Notes: generated from the sequence alone by a model not told the origin. A DNA stretch of 64,000 nt from an uncultured Nitrospiraceae bacterium (GCA_963706325.1 CAVPLT010000001.1:1-64000); one strand, 5' to 3'; numbered from the stretch's first letter, positions 10,045 to 20,043 are shown. A program made the numbers and translations.

Positions 10045-10841
10045 TCAACCGGCAGACTGTTGCGGCCGCTGTTTCCTGGCCCAGGTTACAATCCCAAGCA
10101 GCCCCGATCCGATCAGCAGTAAGGTCGCGGGCTCAGGCGCACCGTGCTGGAACTGAACGCATTGGGGAGCGAAGGGAAGGTACTTAGCGGCGCGAAGCCT
10201 GCATTGGTGAAACCCGTGAGCAGGCCAGAGGCCGTAAAGGTCGGACCGATACTAGATTGATAGCCGAGTAACGGACTGGTGGAGCCAGGTGAGACGTTAA
10301 ACGCCCAGTAAGGATGAGACAGGTTACCGGAGAATGGAGGATTTGAGCCGACGCTATTTGTGCCCGACACCGTACGCGCGGCTATCCCAAGAGTATCGGC
10401 GCCTTGGAGATTGTTCCCCTTCGCATTCACCACGGACCCGCCACTGAGAAAATCCAACCGAAAATTTTCCGACGCGAAAGATCCGACGGTAGTGGCGGAC
10501 ACCGTCTGCGAATGCCTCCCTTCCGGTTCGAGAGCCCCCCACGTTGTGCTAACAGAAGAAGACAAGGGATTGGCGACTTGGTACAGGTAGGTGTACTTGC
10601 TCGCATCGAATCCGGAATTGCCCTGTGCCGGAACATAGGCTCCCGATAACACACCGGCGAACGAGTCAAATGGAGAGAGACCGTTATAATTCACAATCGC
10701 GAATCCTGAAAGATCGGCGTAACCGGTAAACCCCGGAAGGGGCACTGCTCGCACAGTCGGAGGTGTGGCTACCGTAATCAGTCCTGCCAATGCCAAACAG
10801 ATGATTGGGATACCCATCAGTTGTCTGTCAAAGCGGAACAT
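10045..10841 (-). pseudogene. PEP-CTERM protein with a frameshift just before the sorting signal
   Basis: GGAGGAGG RBS, signal peptide, paralog of 11339..12139; (A)PEPATLLLIGSGLLGIVTWARKQRPQQSAG* lies in a shifted frame from ~10139. Confidence 0.85.
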
Positions 10842-10932
10842 GAAGTCACCTCCTCCATTTTTCATCAATAGTCGCTCCCTGAACCGCCATCCAGGGGAAT
10901 CGACTGATGTGGCCACCCTTCGCTTTAAGCTC

Positions 10933-10979
10933 TAGGACCGATCCTAACTACACTATTCTTCGGTCTCGGAGCGCGTCAA
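10933..10979 (-). promoter_or_regulatory. Putative sigma70 promoter (TTGACG-N18-TAGTGT) followed by palindrome TAGGA-N4-TCCTA
   Basis: -35 at 10974-10979, -10 at 10950-10955, 14-bp palindrome at 10933-10946, about 90 nt upstream of the PEP-CTERM start. Confidence 0.4.
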
Positions 10980-11338
10980 GCCTGCACCACTCTACCCTGA
11001 GATGATACATGCTGAGATAGGATGTGACCTAGGGCAGGAGCCTCTTCAGGCCCACTACGTAACGCGTGACTGCTGCCTTCGACACAACCTGACCGTTGTT
11101 GCTGAGTTTTGGTGTTATTAGGCCATGCAGTGCTTCGATTGAGGTCAACGCAGTCCCGTCTCATGGACTTCTGAAAATTCAGTAGGCGCTCTGCCATAAT
11201 TATAAAATAATCCAAATGGAGTCCCGACAAACACGCATAGCAGTGCACTGCTGACCTGCCGATGCCTTCCGATTCAGGGCTAAGGCTCCAGAGACCCAGC
11301 CTCGAACGTGGCCCACGACCTGCGGTCACGGCCACTCA

Positions 11339-12139
11339 CTATTCTCCCCACGCTGCCTGACTTCGCCTCCGTCGCCAAGCGACCATCCCGAACACCCCCG
11401 ACCCAATAAGTAACGCAGTGCTCGGCTCGGGGGCACTGGCGCTGACAGCGTTGGGAACGGATACATTCCCACTCAGGAAGAGGCTGTCGCCGACAGGATC
11501 CTTAAAGATAATTCCCGAGAGCAGGCCATCTGTAAAGCTCGGGCCGATGTTTGATTGATAGCCTACCAATGGGCCGGTGAAGCCAGGCCCGATACCTTGC
11601 AGTGTCCAATACGGGTGAGACCGGCTTCCGGAAAATGCAGGGTTAGACAGGACATCGATCCGCTCAGGGCCTGAAACTGAACGCGCCGCGAATCCAAGAC
11701 TACTCGCTCCCTGAAGATTGTTGCCTGTAGCATTCACGATCGACCCGCCGTTGAGGAAGTCAAGGCGAAGAGTTCCGGAAGCGAATGCGCCGACGGAGGA
11801 GGCGGAAACAGCTTGAACATGCGTCCGTTCCGGTTCAAGACTACCCCACGTTACCGTCGAGGTCATAGGCGCGGCGACCTGATAGAGATAGGTATATTTG
11901 CTCGAATCAAAGGACTGGTTGCCCGACGCCGGAACATAGGATGCGGACAACAGGCTGTAAAACGAGTCGAACGGTGACAGAACAGCATAATTTACGATGG
12001 CAGCACCCATATCCGAGTACCCTGTAAAACCAGGGAGAGGAACTGCGTGCGCCGTTGGAGGCCTGACGATCGCCGGACCTACAATGACCATTAGGCAGAT
12101 TATGGCCTGACGAAAATTCTTCCAACTGGGTTGATTCAC
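11339..12139 (-). CDS. PEP-CTERM sorting-domain surface protein
   Basis: AGGAGG RBS, signal peptide (AHA), C-terminal APEPSTALLIGSGVFGMVAWRRRR. Confidence 0.92.
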   Translation of the reverse strand: MNQPSWKNFRQAIICLMVIVGPAIVRPPTAHAVPLPGFTGYSDMGAAIVNYAVLSPFDSFYSLLSASYVPASGNQSFDSSKYTYLYQVAAPMTSTVTWGSLEPERTHVQAVSASSVGAFASGTLRLDFLNGGSIVNATGNNLQGASSLGFAARSVSGPERIDVLSNPAFSGSRSHPYWTLQGIGPGFTGPLVGYQSNIGPSFTDGLLSGIIFKDPVGDSLFLSGNVSVPNAVSASAPEPSTALLIGSGVFGMVAWRRRRSQAAWGE

Positions 12140-12429
12140 AATCTCCTCCTTTCCAATTCTTGAACCTGCGCTCTTTCATGACCTAAAACGCCTGACGGAT
12201 GCAACGCAAAAATTTTACATCAAGCTTGGCTCCGGCTTGAATACTCCGATTTTGCCATCGACCCGACGGCCGACCAACCGAATCGATCCGCCAAAACCTA
12301 TGCGGGACTCTTGAGCACCGACCGAGCATGCTTTCCAGGTAGTCCAGAGCCGCCCGCCTGGTACGTGCGCATGGTCTTATGGCTGGCCGGCGCAATTCCC
12401 CTCGCTATGTTGAGTTGCGAAGCCTGCCC

Positions 12430-13048
12430 ATGCGCACCCCGTTCCAAACCATCAGCCTGGCGGCGCTTCTGCTCTCACTCCCCGACGGAAGTTGGGCTGG
12501 CCCTGCCGACAAGAAGAGCACGTTGCAAGGGGACGCCGAGACGGGACGAGACGTTTTCAACGGCAAAGGGGGTCTGCCGCTACTGCCCCGGCGTCGATGG
12601 GTTCGTGAACAGGCGGCCCAGTCCGGCTCCGGATACGAAAGGTATGATTGACCGACTCAATCCTCCACCCGCGAATCTCCGCTCACGCGACGACCTCCAT
12701 CTCACAGAAGACAAGGCCCGATTCAAAATTATTCGTGACGGCCACCTTGGCAGTGGAATGTTTCCGGATCACACGCTGACCGACCAGGACATCAAGGATT
12801 TGCTAGCCTATTTCTCACTGTTGCGGCGCCACGCGCCCGTGCCGGAGAACGCGCTTACTGACTGCCCTGCCACCAACCTGATATCCCGCCACGCATTCTT
12901 TTCTGGACTAGCCCCAGTTTGCCAACGCGAAAAGATATGCGGGTCAACCGATACATTTTTGATTACCCTGCGCCTTTTTTTGACAGCCCTGCTTTCGTGC
13001 ACTTCCGCACTGCGCATCGCATCAACCATTTACGAGCACGCATCGTGA
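12430..13048 (+). pseudogene. Degenerate class I cytochrome c
   Basis: Signal peptide plus GDAETGRDVFNGKG; extra G in the G5 run at 12568-12572; heme motif reads CRYCP; later PPPANL...GHLGSGM...LTDQDIKDLLAY. Confidence 0.75.
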
Positions 13049-13168
13049 GAAATCGTCGTTTCGATCGGGCACTCTGATCGCACAAGCACGGTTGGGCAAG
13101 AGACCTCCGAACAGCACCGACACCGGGTCTCAAAAGCCACACTTAGGTAGGAACAAGGAGTCTATTTC

Positions 13169-13456
13169 ATGGACATCGTAGGAGTCGAGGTTGTCGCCAC
13201 GTTTTTTTCCATGCTGGCCGTGAGTGTGTTTGGGATGCAGGCCCAAAAGCCTCCCTCTATTTCAGCCGACGCCCCCTGTCCCGCATCTGGAGAAATCGCG
13301 CAGCTCTCGATGAGATGGGATAAGGCTCACCAGAGTCTTGCGGTGGAAGCCTGCAGCGGTCAGGCATTCAATCACGGCGCCTGCGGACAGGGATGTCTGG
13401 CCATTCTGAAGCACACAGCCGGTCATCGCTCCCAGCCACGTGATCGGATAACTTAA
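13169..13456 (+). CDS. Small hypothetical protein, possibly secreted
   Basis: AAGGAG RBS, hydrophobic N-terminus. Confidence 0.45.
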   Translation: MDIVGVEVVATFFSMLAVSVFGMQAQKPPSISADAPCPASGEIAQLSMRWDKAHQSLAVEACSGQAFNHGACGQGCLAILKHTAGHRSQPRDRIT

Positions 13457-13483
13457 CGGGAACAACTACGAGGTGGTGTAACT

Positions 13484-13906
13484 CTGATCCAGCGAGCAAT
13501 AGTCGGCCTACTGCTTACCTGCGTACTCCTCGCGTCGGATCGACGGCACGCTCTCGCTGCTGAGCGGCTGACCGTAACCATGAAAGTGACGGCGCAAGGA
13601 TTGATCGTGTCCGGCATTGGGATGCAGGATCGACGAATGACTATCCCGCGCGGGACACCCGTCCGGCTTGTCCTCGAATATGCGGACGCCAATCGAAACG
13701 CCCACAACCTCACCCTGACGGCCAAACAGACAGAGATTACCTCGCCCGCGATTGACGGAGAGACTCGCAAGACCGCCACGATTGATTTTACAGCGGGAGA
13801 CCGCGGGCAAGAGTTTTACCGATTGTCATGCGAACTTCCCTGCATCGCGATGGAAGACCTGGTTGATTATCTCATCATGGTTGGCCCGCCCCGCTCAGCC
13901 GCCTAA
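13484..13906 (+). CDS. Secreted cupredoxin-fold protein (probable CTG start)
   Basis: IPRGTPVRL, AHNL, F.A...YRLSCELPC pattern; open frame upstream of ATG 13580 encodes a signal peptide, with GAGGTG RBS before CTG 13484. Confidence 0.65.
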   Translation: MIQRAIVGLLLTCVLLASDRRHALAAERLTVTMKVTAQGLIVSGIGMQDRRMTIPRGTPVRLVLEYADANRNAHNLTLTAKQTEITSPAIDGETRKTATIDFTAGDRGQEFYRLSCELPCIAMEDLVDYLIMVGPPRSAA

Positions 13907-13996
13907 ACGGATTCGGCTCTCCGTCACAGTCGGACAGGTGGCGCCCAGCTCACCGCTAGGCGCCATCACGATGGTATCAGGTGCAGTGAAGACGAC

Positions 13997-14707
13997 TCAG
14001 TCCGACCCTTCTAATGCGAGGAAACCGGCGCGGTGGCCATGGATCATCAATTGCTGGCGACCGCTGACTCCCAATTTAGAAGAAATATTCGTGAGGTGGT
14101 GACGGACCGTGATAGGGGAAATGCGAAGCAACGAGGCGATTTCCCTATTCGAGATCCCTTGTGCAAGTCGCGTAATCACTTCGCGCTCTCGCTCGGTCAA
14201 TGCGAGAGGCCAACTGCCTTCGGGCAACCCGCCAGAGTACCCCCTCGGCCTGCCTCCGCTCCTTGTCGCATCCGCCGTTCGATCGTCGCCTGAACTATTG
14301 CTGTGACCGACCCTATACTTGAATAACTCTTTAATCGTGGCGATCAATACAGCGGCAGGCTGGACTGTCAGCATCACGGCGTCCACCGACAGGACATCCC
14401 AATGGCCTACCCGAGCCATTGCTTCCAACCCACAAAGCGCCACAATTTTCGAATCTCTGACAACCTCCCTGACCATACGGACCGTCCCAGCCATATCACA
14501 CACGGAATCGGCATCAATCAACACAACCTGAGGCTTGGTGTGCGCCAGCCACGCTTCAGCCGTCGGGGAGTGTCTCGCATATCCGAGCAGTTGAAGGTGT
14601 GGTGAAGCCTCGATAACCTGTTGCACGCCACATCGAGTGAGATCATGATGACAAATAAGCGCGACGGAAACCGGCCATGGCCCGTATGCGAACGTCACCT
14701 CGCTCAT
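13997..14707 (-). CDS. NarL/LuxR-family response regulator with atypical receiver domain
   Basis: LTEREREV...GISNREIA...TVRHHLTNI..KLGV HTH; REC-like N-terminus lacking the acidic pair and conserved Lys. Confidence 0.85.
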   Translation of the reverse strand: MSEVTFAYGPWPVSVALICHHDLTRCGVQQVIEASPHLQLLGYARHSPTAEAWLAHTKPQVVLIDADSVCDMAGTVRMVREVVRDSKIVALCGLEAMARVGHWDVLSVDAVMLTVQPAAVLIATIKELFKYRVGHSNSSGDDRTADATRSGGRPRGYSGGLPEGSWPLALTEREREVITRLAQGISNREIASLLRISPITVRHHLTNISSKLGVSGRQQLMIHGHRAGFLALEGSD

Positions 14708-14940
14708 GAATTGTCCCGGAACAATGGAAGGTCTGATGGATGCCTTTTATGTCGAGACATGAGCCAGCCGGCCGGGACCATAACGATTCTTCGATTCTCC
14801 AGAAGTCACGTCAGCTGAGTCATCACGCGCAGCCGGTCCTTCTCTGGCCTTGTCTCTCCGACTCATGGTTGCGTTCGCTCGTCACCCGTGGGATCGAATG
14901 CCGGGATACTTTCTTGAAGCAACGTGCGATCTGACAAAGT

Positions 14941-15708
14941 CTAGTAGCGCCATCTCTCCTCGTCAGCCACAGACAACGCCTGTCTGAGTCGTATCATTTG
15001 TTCAACGTGCGTCACGATGCCCTGGAGAGCTGTTTGCACGGCCTCCCGATTTCCCAAGAGGGCTTCGGCATGGTTCAAAATGGCATTCAGTGGGCCGCCC
15101 ATTTCATGCGCCACGTTCGCGCGCCAGAGCGCTGATGCTTCGAACCGTTTCAGTTCGTTCATGAGACGTTGGTCCGACTCCGGCTCATATGAATTGCGGA
15201 GAGCATCACGCCCGCACGTCGCGTCATATTCCTCTTCTTTCACCGCTCCGACCCATTGATCACGCGGAGTCAAACAGGCGCTCATCAGCCTATCCAGGTT
15301 ATGGAAAACCACCTTCAATAACGCGTGCCATGCCGTCTGGTATTGAAGAGGCGGCTCCCCGAGAATGTCCTGCGCCAGCGGCTGCAAGGCGGTGACAAAA
15401 TGGGTGAGGGTGCGAAAATGCCACTGCGCGCCAAGACCGAAGGGATCACGATACGATGCCCCGTTGTCGTCGTGCATCATATCCTCTTCCCTCACTAGCG
15501 CTAGCAGATACCGCTGCTGCGATAGCTTCAACCGATCAAGCGCACGGTCGTCTTCGAGTACCGAGGCCACATGAGGGTCGCTGCCCAGTTGCAAGGCAAA
15601 GGTTTCGAGAATGACGTCCAGATGACGCTCAATGAGAGGCTCGAGTAGTGAGATGGCGGTTTTTTCTTCGTGGGTCAGTACAGTGGTCCCCTGCCGGTAA
15701 CCATCCAT
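14941..15708 (-). CDS. Protoglobin (globin-coupled sensor)-like domain plus HisKA helix, no ATPase domain
   Basis: Sensor-globin pattern (LTHEEK.....LEPLI, DRLK.SQQRYL, AW.ALLK); H-box VAHEMGGPLNAI, then stop. Confidence 0.6.
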   Translation of the reverse strand: MDGYRQGTTVLTHEEKTAISLLEPLIERHLDVILETFALQLGSDPHVASVLEDDRALDRLKLSQQRYLLALVREEDMMHDDNGASYRDPFGLGAQWHFRTLTHFVTALQPLAQDILGEPPLQYQTAWHALLKVVFHNLDRLMSACLTPRDQWVGAVKEEEYDATCGRDALRNSYEPESDQRLMNELKRFEASALWRANVAHEMGGPLNAILNHAEALLGNREAVQTALQGIVTHVEQMIRLRQALSVADEERWRY

Positions 15709-16057
15709 GGGCGTCTCACCTCTGTGTAAGATGTGGTTCGATACCGGTACCGGTCAGTTCCCACACCCCGTCTAAAGCAGAACCCACCTCACCACGATTA
15801 CTCAAGCGCTGTGGAAGGCCTGCAGGACGTCGATTATTATCGCTCAGCACAATATGGGAAGGTCCATCGTGATCGAGGTGGTCCATAGTGACCTAGGCGG
15901 AATCCTAGGGATTCGGACGCCATTCGGCTACTAGGAGATACCAGTGGAAGCAACTGCAAACGTTACTAGTCAGCGAACCAGAGCCACGGAAAGGAAGTCA
16001 GCCGTGAATCACCTCGTCGCCTTGCGCGAGAGACGGAAGGCGTTGTTCCCGATGTGG

Positions 16058-16448
16058 TCAGTGACAGAGCTGCTCAATGGTGGCGAGTAGTACGGCCGGA
16101 GATTGATTGCTGAGGACAAGACCATCGACGCCTAATTTCAACAGGTCCCACGTCGATAGGGTATCCTCCACATCAAGCAACAGCACCGTCCTGACAGTGA
16201 GGCCCTTGGCCTGAATGTGGCGAAACAGCCCGATGAGGTCGAGATCGGATTCCATTTAGATGACAATGACATCCGGATGACACTGGGCAATGAGGCCCTG
16301 CGCATCAGCCGACTTGATGGCTTCTCCGACTAAGTCGATATGGGGCGCCCCGAGGAGCACGCTTCGCATGCCAGAGCGCACCAAGCGACTTCCACTCCAC
16401 AGCGCCCACCCTGATCGGAGACGTACGGGATTGAGAGGTGATCACCAT
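16058..16448 (-). pseudogene. Receiver-domain remnant of a NarL-type regulator
   Basis: LVRSGMRSVL..APHIDLVGEA...HPDVIVI*MESD...GVDGLVL..QSPAVLLATI; frameshift near 16405 and in-frame TAA at 16256-16258. Confidence 0.7.
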
Positions 16449-16823
16449 TGAGACCTCAACAGACGATATCGCCTGGCTTTGTCCCTAGACCCGCCCCTTC
16501 TCTGTGTTCGTCGTGACGGCAGAAGGACGCCGACAGGCAACGCATCCCTGGTCACAACGATGCGACCCGATCGGCTTGAGTCATCGATGGATTGAAACCG
16601 TTGGTTCGATGTGGGATCGGGACACAGCCTTAGCCTCTCCTCTAGCAGGGAGGCCATCGCCAGAGGACAGGCCCTTGCCAATTTTTGCAGTGCCGGAGAC
16701 AGTCGGCGAATCGTGGTCGCGGATCCGTACGTAAGCCTCCGTTCTGATGCAGAGACTACGGGGATTACAGAAGCGGGGGAACTAGGGTTTCGGTCAGAAG
16801 GACGGAGGCATGCTACTAGGGCC

Positions 16824-17471
16824 TTATAGCCCTATGAGCCCTTCTACGAGCGCATACTTCGTGAGCTCGGCGGTTGAATGGAGGTCCAACTGCCGCATAA
16901 TTCCGGCTTTGTGAAATTCGACTGTCTTGACGGTCACATTGAGAATCGTGGCGATTTCCTTCGTGCCGCGACCTTCGGCCACCAACTGCAGCACCTCTCG
17001 TTGCCGTGATGTCAATGCCGTAGAAGCAGAGTCGCCGCGTTGACCATTCTTCCGCCGGAGTACGGTGCCGAGCACATCCTTGGTAATGAGAGGCGTCAGA
17101 TAATGTTGGCCATCCAGCACCGAGTGGATCGCCTGCTGAAGTTCCGAAGCCGCGCTACGTTTGAGCAAATATCCCGAAGCCCCGGCCTCGAAGGCCTGCG
17201 TGGCATAGGTGGCACTCGAGTGCATCGTCAAAAAAATAAGTTTGATCTCCGGCATCACCTTGGTCAGTTGGCGGGCCGCATCCAGTCCATTGAGCAGCGG
17301 CATTGAAATATCAAGGAGGACCAAGTCCGGATTCAGCCGTTGGGCCGCCTCAATCAATGCCCGACCGTCCTCCACCGTGGCGACGACGTCACACTCTGCT
17401 TCCACAAGCTTTCGCAAGCCAGCCAAGATCAGCGAATGGTCGTCGGCCATGATCACGCGGGGTCGTTTCAT
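16824..17471 (-). CDS. NarL/FixJ-family response regulator (REC + LuxR HTH)
   Basis: ADDH, LLDISMP, LTMH, YLLK, LTSRQREVL...KTVEFHK. Confidence 0.95.
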   Translation of the reverse strand: MKRPRVIMADDHSLILAGLRKLVEAECDVVATVEDGRALIEAAQRLNPDLVLLDISMPLLNGLDAARQLTKVMPEIKLIFLTMHSSATYATQAFEAGASGYLLKRSAASELQQAIHSVLDGQHYLTPLITKDVLGTVLRRKNGQRGDSASTALTSRQREVLQLVAEGRGTKEIATILNVTVKTVEFHKAGIMRQLDLHSTAELTKYALVEGLIGL

Positions 17472-19522
17472 CGTGCCTCCTTGCTACGCTGAACCCACGC
17501 GCAGACCTGTGTGCCATCGCCTGGAACGGAATGGACCCGGAGATTGCCTCGCAGCACCCGCATACGTTCCTTCATACTGAGCAACCCCAGCCCTTTTATC
17601 TGCGCGCTCTTGCTCGAGGAGTCGAACCCTTTGCCATTGTCGCGGATGGAAAGACCGACACCTCTGGATGAACCGCTCAGTCTCACGATAACTTCACTGG
17701 CATCGGCATGCTTGAAGGCATTCTGCAGGCCCTCCTGCATGACCCGAAACAAATTCGTCGCGACCTCCAATCCAAGTCGGTCCGGCACATCATGAGCGGC
17801 AAAATGGACGCTGAGACCGGTGCGCGCTGTAAATTCCGCAACATGGTCCCGCATGGCCACCTCTAACCCCACATGCTCCAGTAAAGACGGATGCAACCGA
17901 TAGGCGAGATCGTGCAGATCGTCAGAAAGCCCGCTGACGTGAGCGCGCACGCCGGCAAGTTGCGCAACGGCCGGCGAAATGGAAGGGCTCAAGGCCTGCT
18001 CAATGGTCTCCAGTTCCACGGACAACACCGCCAACCGTTGATTGAAGTCGTCGTGCAACTCCCGTGCGATCCGTTTCCGTTCCTGTTCCTGAGCATCCAT
18101 TAGTTTTCCCGCCAACGATTCCAATTCCATCTGCTGTCTCGCCAGGAGCACCACATGGTCTTCCAGCGCGCGGGCCATATTCATCCGCTCGGAAATATCG
18201 AGATGTGATAACACGATCGAATTGGAGGCTTTCAGTTGTGTGACGCGCAAGAGAAACCAGCTCTCTCCACCTGAAGATGGACGGGCGTACTCTGCCGAGA
18301 AGCTGGATTGGGTTCCCGCCAAAACAGCTTCAATGCCATGCAGCATGGCTTCAACGGTCGATTCGCCTTCCTTCACCGCTTGCCGGCAAATCTCCAGATA
18401 ATTATCCCCGACATCGCCGGTTAAGTGGACTCCAATGGTTTCGTTTCTGGCGGCCGCTTCCCATGCGGCATTGGTTTGGAGGATGACCCCGTCCTTGGCC
18501 AAGACGCAGACCTGCGACGAGAGGGAATCCAGTATGGCGCGGGTGAATCTTTCGCTGCCCTGCAAGGCCTCCTCTGCCGCTTTCCGTTCGGTGATGTCCC
18601 TCAGCATGACGGTCATGATGACGCGGTCATTCACCGTGACGTGGGAGATGGAGGCTTCGATGGGGAATTCTTGTCCGGTTATCCGACGACCGTACAATTC
18701 TCCGACCGGCCGCCTCATCCCTGAGTGCGGATCCCTGTGAGTAAAAGCCGTGAGGTGATTCTCGTGTGCCTGCCGGTAGCGTTCGGGAATAAATCGGTCG
18801 AGTGAATGACCAATGGCCTCAGCGGCAGGACAACCAAAGATGGATTCCGCGGCGTGATTGAACAGCATGATCCGATGCCGGTCATCCAAGGTAATGATCG
18901 CGTCCATTGCGGATTCAATGATCGCCTCAAGTTGTCGTTCCTGGGCAAGCGACTTCTGCTTCCCACGTTTCTGGCTACTGATGTCCAGCATCGCGGTCTG
19001 CCAATGGGTAATATGGCCGGCTTCGTTCAGGCAAGCGAGGCTTTCGAGGGTGACCCAGCAGACCTGGGCACTCTCCTTGCGAATGCGGACCTCGCAGGAT
19101 CGGCGAAGGCCGGTCTGCAGGATCGCGCGCTTATGCTGATTCAGCCCTGCTTGATCTTCAGGCTCAATAAATCTCTCGAGCCTCTGTCCGATCAGGTTCT
19201 TCCGGTCCTCATTCAAGATCATGGCGGCCTGAAGGTTGGCTTGGGTAATCACGCCGCGAGAATCCAGCGTGAGGTGCCCGACTGGCGAAAAATCATACAG
19301 CTCCGCATACCGATCGCGGGCCGCCTGAGTCTCCAGATGCGCGCGACGCAGTTGCTCGTTTTGCGTCTCCAGCTCGATCTGATGCACTTGTAATTCCTGT
19401 ACGAGCTGGCGCGCCTCCAATTCGGCCGTCTCTTCCCTAGGCTGTGGGGTTCTGCCCGGCGCGGTTTCATTCCGCGGATGCAGGGGCCTGGTTTTTTTTG
19501 GCGAGACCGGCCGTTTTGGCAT
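17468..19522 (-). CDS. Cytoplasmic multi-PAS sensor histidine kinase (HisKA_3)
   Basis: ELQVHQIELETQNEQL coil, three PAS regions, ERKRIARELHD, QEGLQNAFKH, DNGKGF, GLGLLSMKER; 4-nt overlap with the regulator. Confidence 0.93.
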   Translation of the reverse strand: MPKRPVSPKKTRPLHPRNETAPGRTPQPREETAELEARQLVQELQVHQIELETQNEQLRRAHLETQAARDRYAELYDFSPVGHLTLDSRGVITQANLQAAMILNEDRKNLIGQRLERFIEPEDQAGLNQHKRAILQTGLRRSCEVRIRKESAQVCWVTLESLACLNEAGHITHWQTAMLDISSQKRGKQKSLAQERQLEAIIESAMDAIITLDDRHRIMLFNHAAESIFGCPAAEAIGHSLDRFIPERYRQAHENHLTAFTHRDPHSGMRRPVGELYGRRITGQEFPIEASISHVTVNDRVIMTVMLRDITERKAAEEALQGSERFTRAILDSLSSQVCVLAKDGVILQTNAAWEAAARNETIGVHLTGDVGDNYLEICRQAVKEGESTVEAMLHGIEAVLAGTQSSFSAEYARPSSGGESWFLLRVTQLKASNSIVLSHLDISERMNMARALEDHVVLLARQQMELESLAGKLMDAQEQERKRIARELHDDFNQRLAVLSVELETIEQALSPSISPAVAQLAGVRAHVSGLSDDLHDLAYRLHPSLLEHVGLEVAMRDHVAEFTARTGLSVHFAAHDVPDRLGLEVATNLFRVMQEGLQNAFKHADASEVIVRLSGSSRGVGLSIRDNGKGFDSSSKSAQIKGLGLLSMKERMRVLRGNLRVHSVPGDGTQVCAWVQRSKEAR

Positions 19523-20043
19523 CCGCTCCTCGTTTCAGATATTCGGATTCCGGCTGCTCCGGGTTCGCTTTGCATTGCATCCGTGACGCGTAGTCACTCC
19601 GCCGGCCGGAACGCCTGTTCCGACAAACATCGTTCCAAGCCGGTGAGAAGTCAAAGCAGCAGCGGGCAGAGCTGGTTCACTGAGGTCTGTGGAGATGGCG
19701 GAAGGTCTCTTGCCGTGCGTACGCCTGGTGACGGCCCTCGAGAAAGGAGGAGTTGAGAGACTTTTCCACTGGTTCGCCACAGCAGGATCTCCAGGAAATT
19801 TCGATAAAGCAGTGATCAAGCCACCTGACGCTAATGAAGAGATACTACGCCACGGAGTGTAGGCCTTTTGTTCGAACCCCACAAGCGGGCCACCAGGACT
19901 TCTAATCCTAGGAGGATTCTGACCCTTGAACTAGGGCGCCTCCCAGTATTACCGAACAGCCACTTGGCATACAAGAATATGCGACACCGTGAGGACCCGA
20001 ACGATCACCGGGCACAAGATGAGCCCTTACCAAAAAGGCAACC

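Noticed and set aside
13092..13140. GGGCAAGAGACC...GGTCTCAAAAGCC resembling a c-di-GMP-I riboswitch
   Set aside because: Lacks the GAAA tetraloop/receptor and the second stem; only a 6-bp inverted repeat, and a covariance-model search would be needed
19535..19882. 115-aa ORF upstream of the PAS kinase
   Set aside because: No RBS, no recognisable domain, low-information composition
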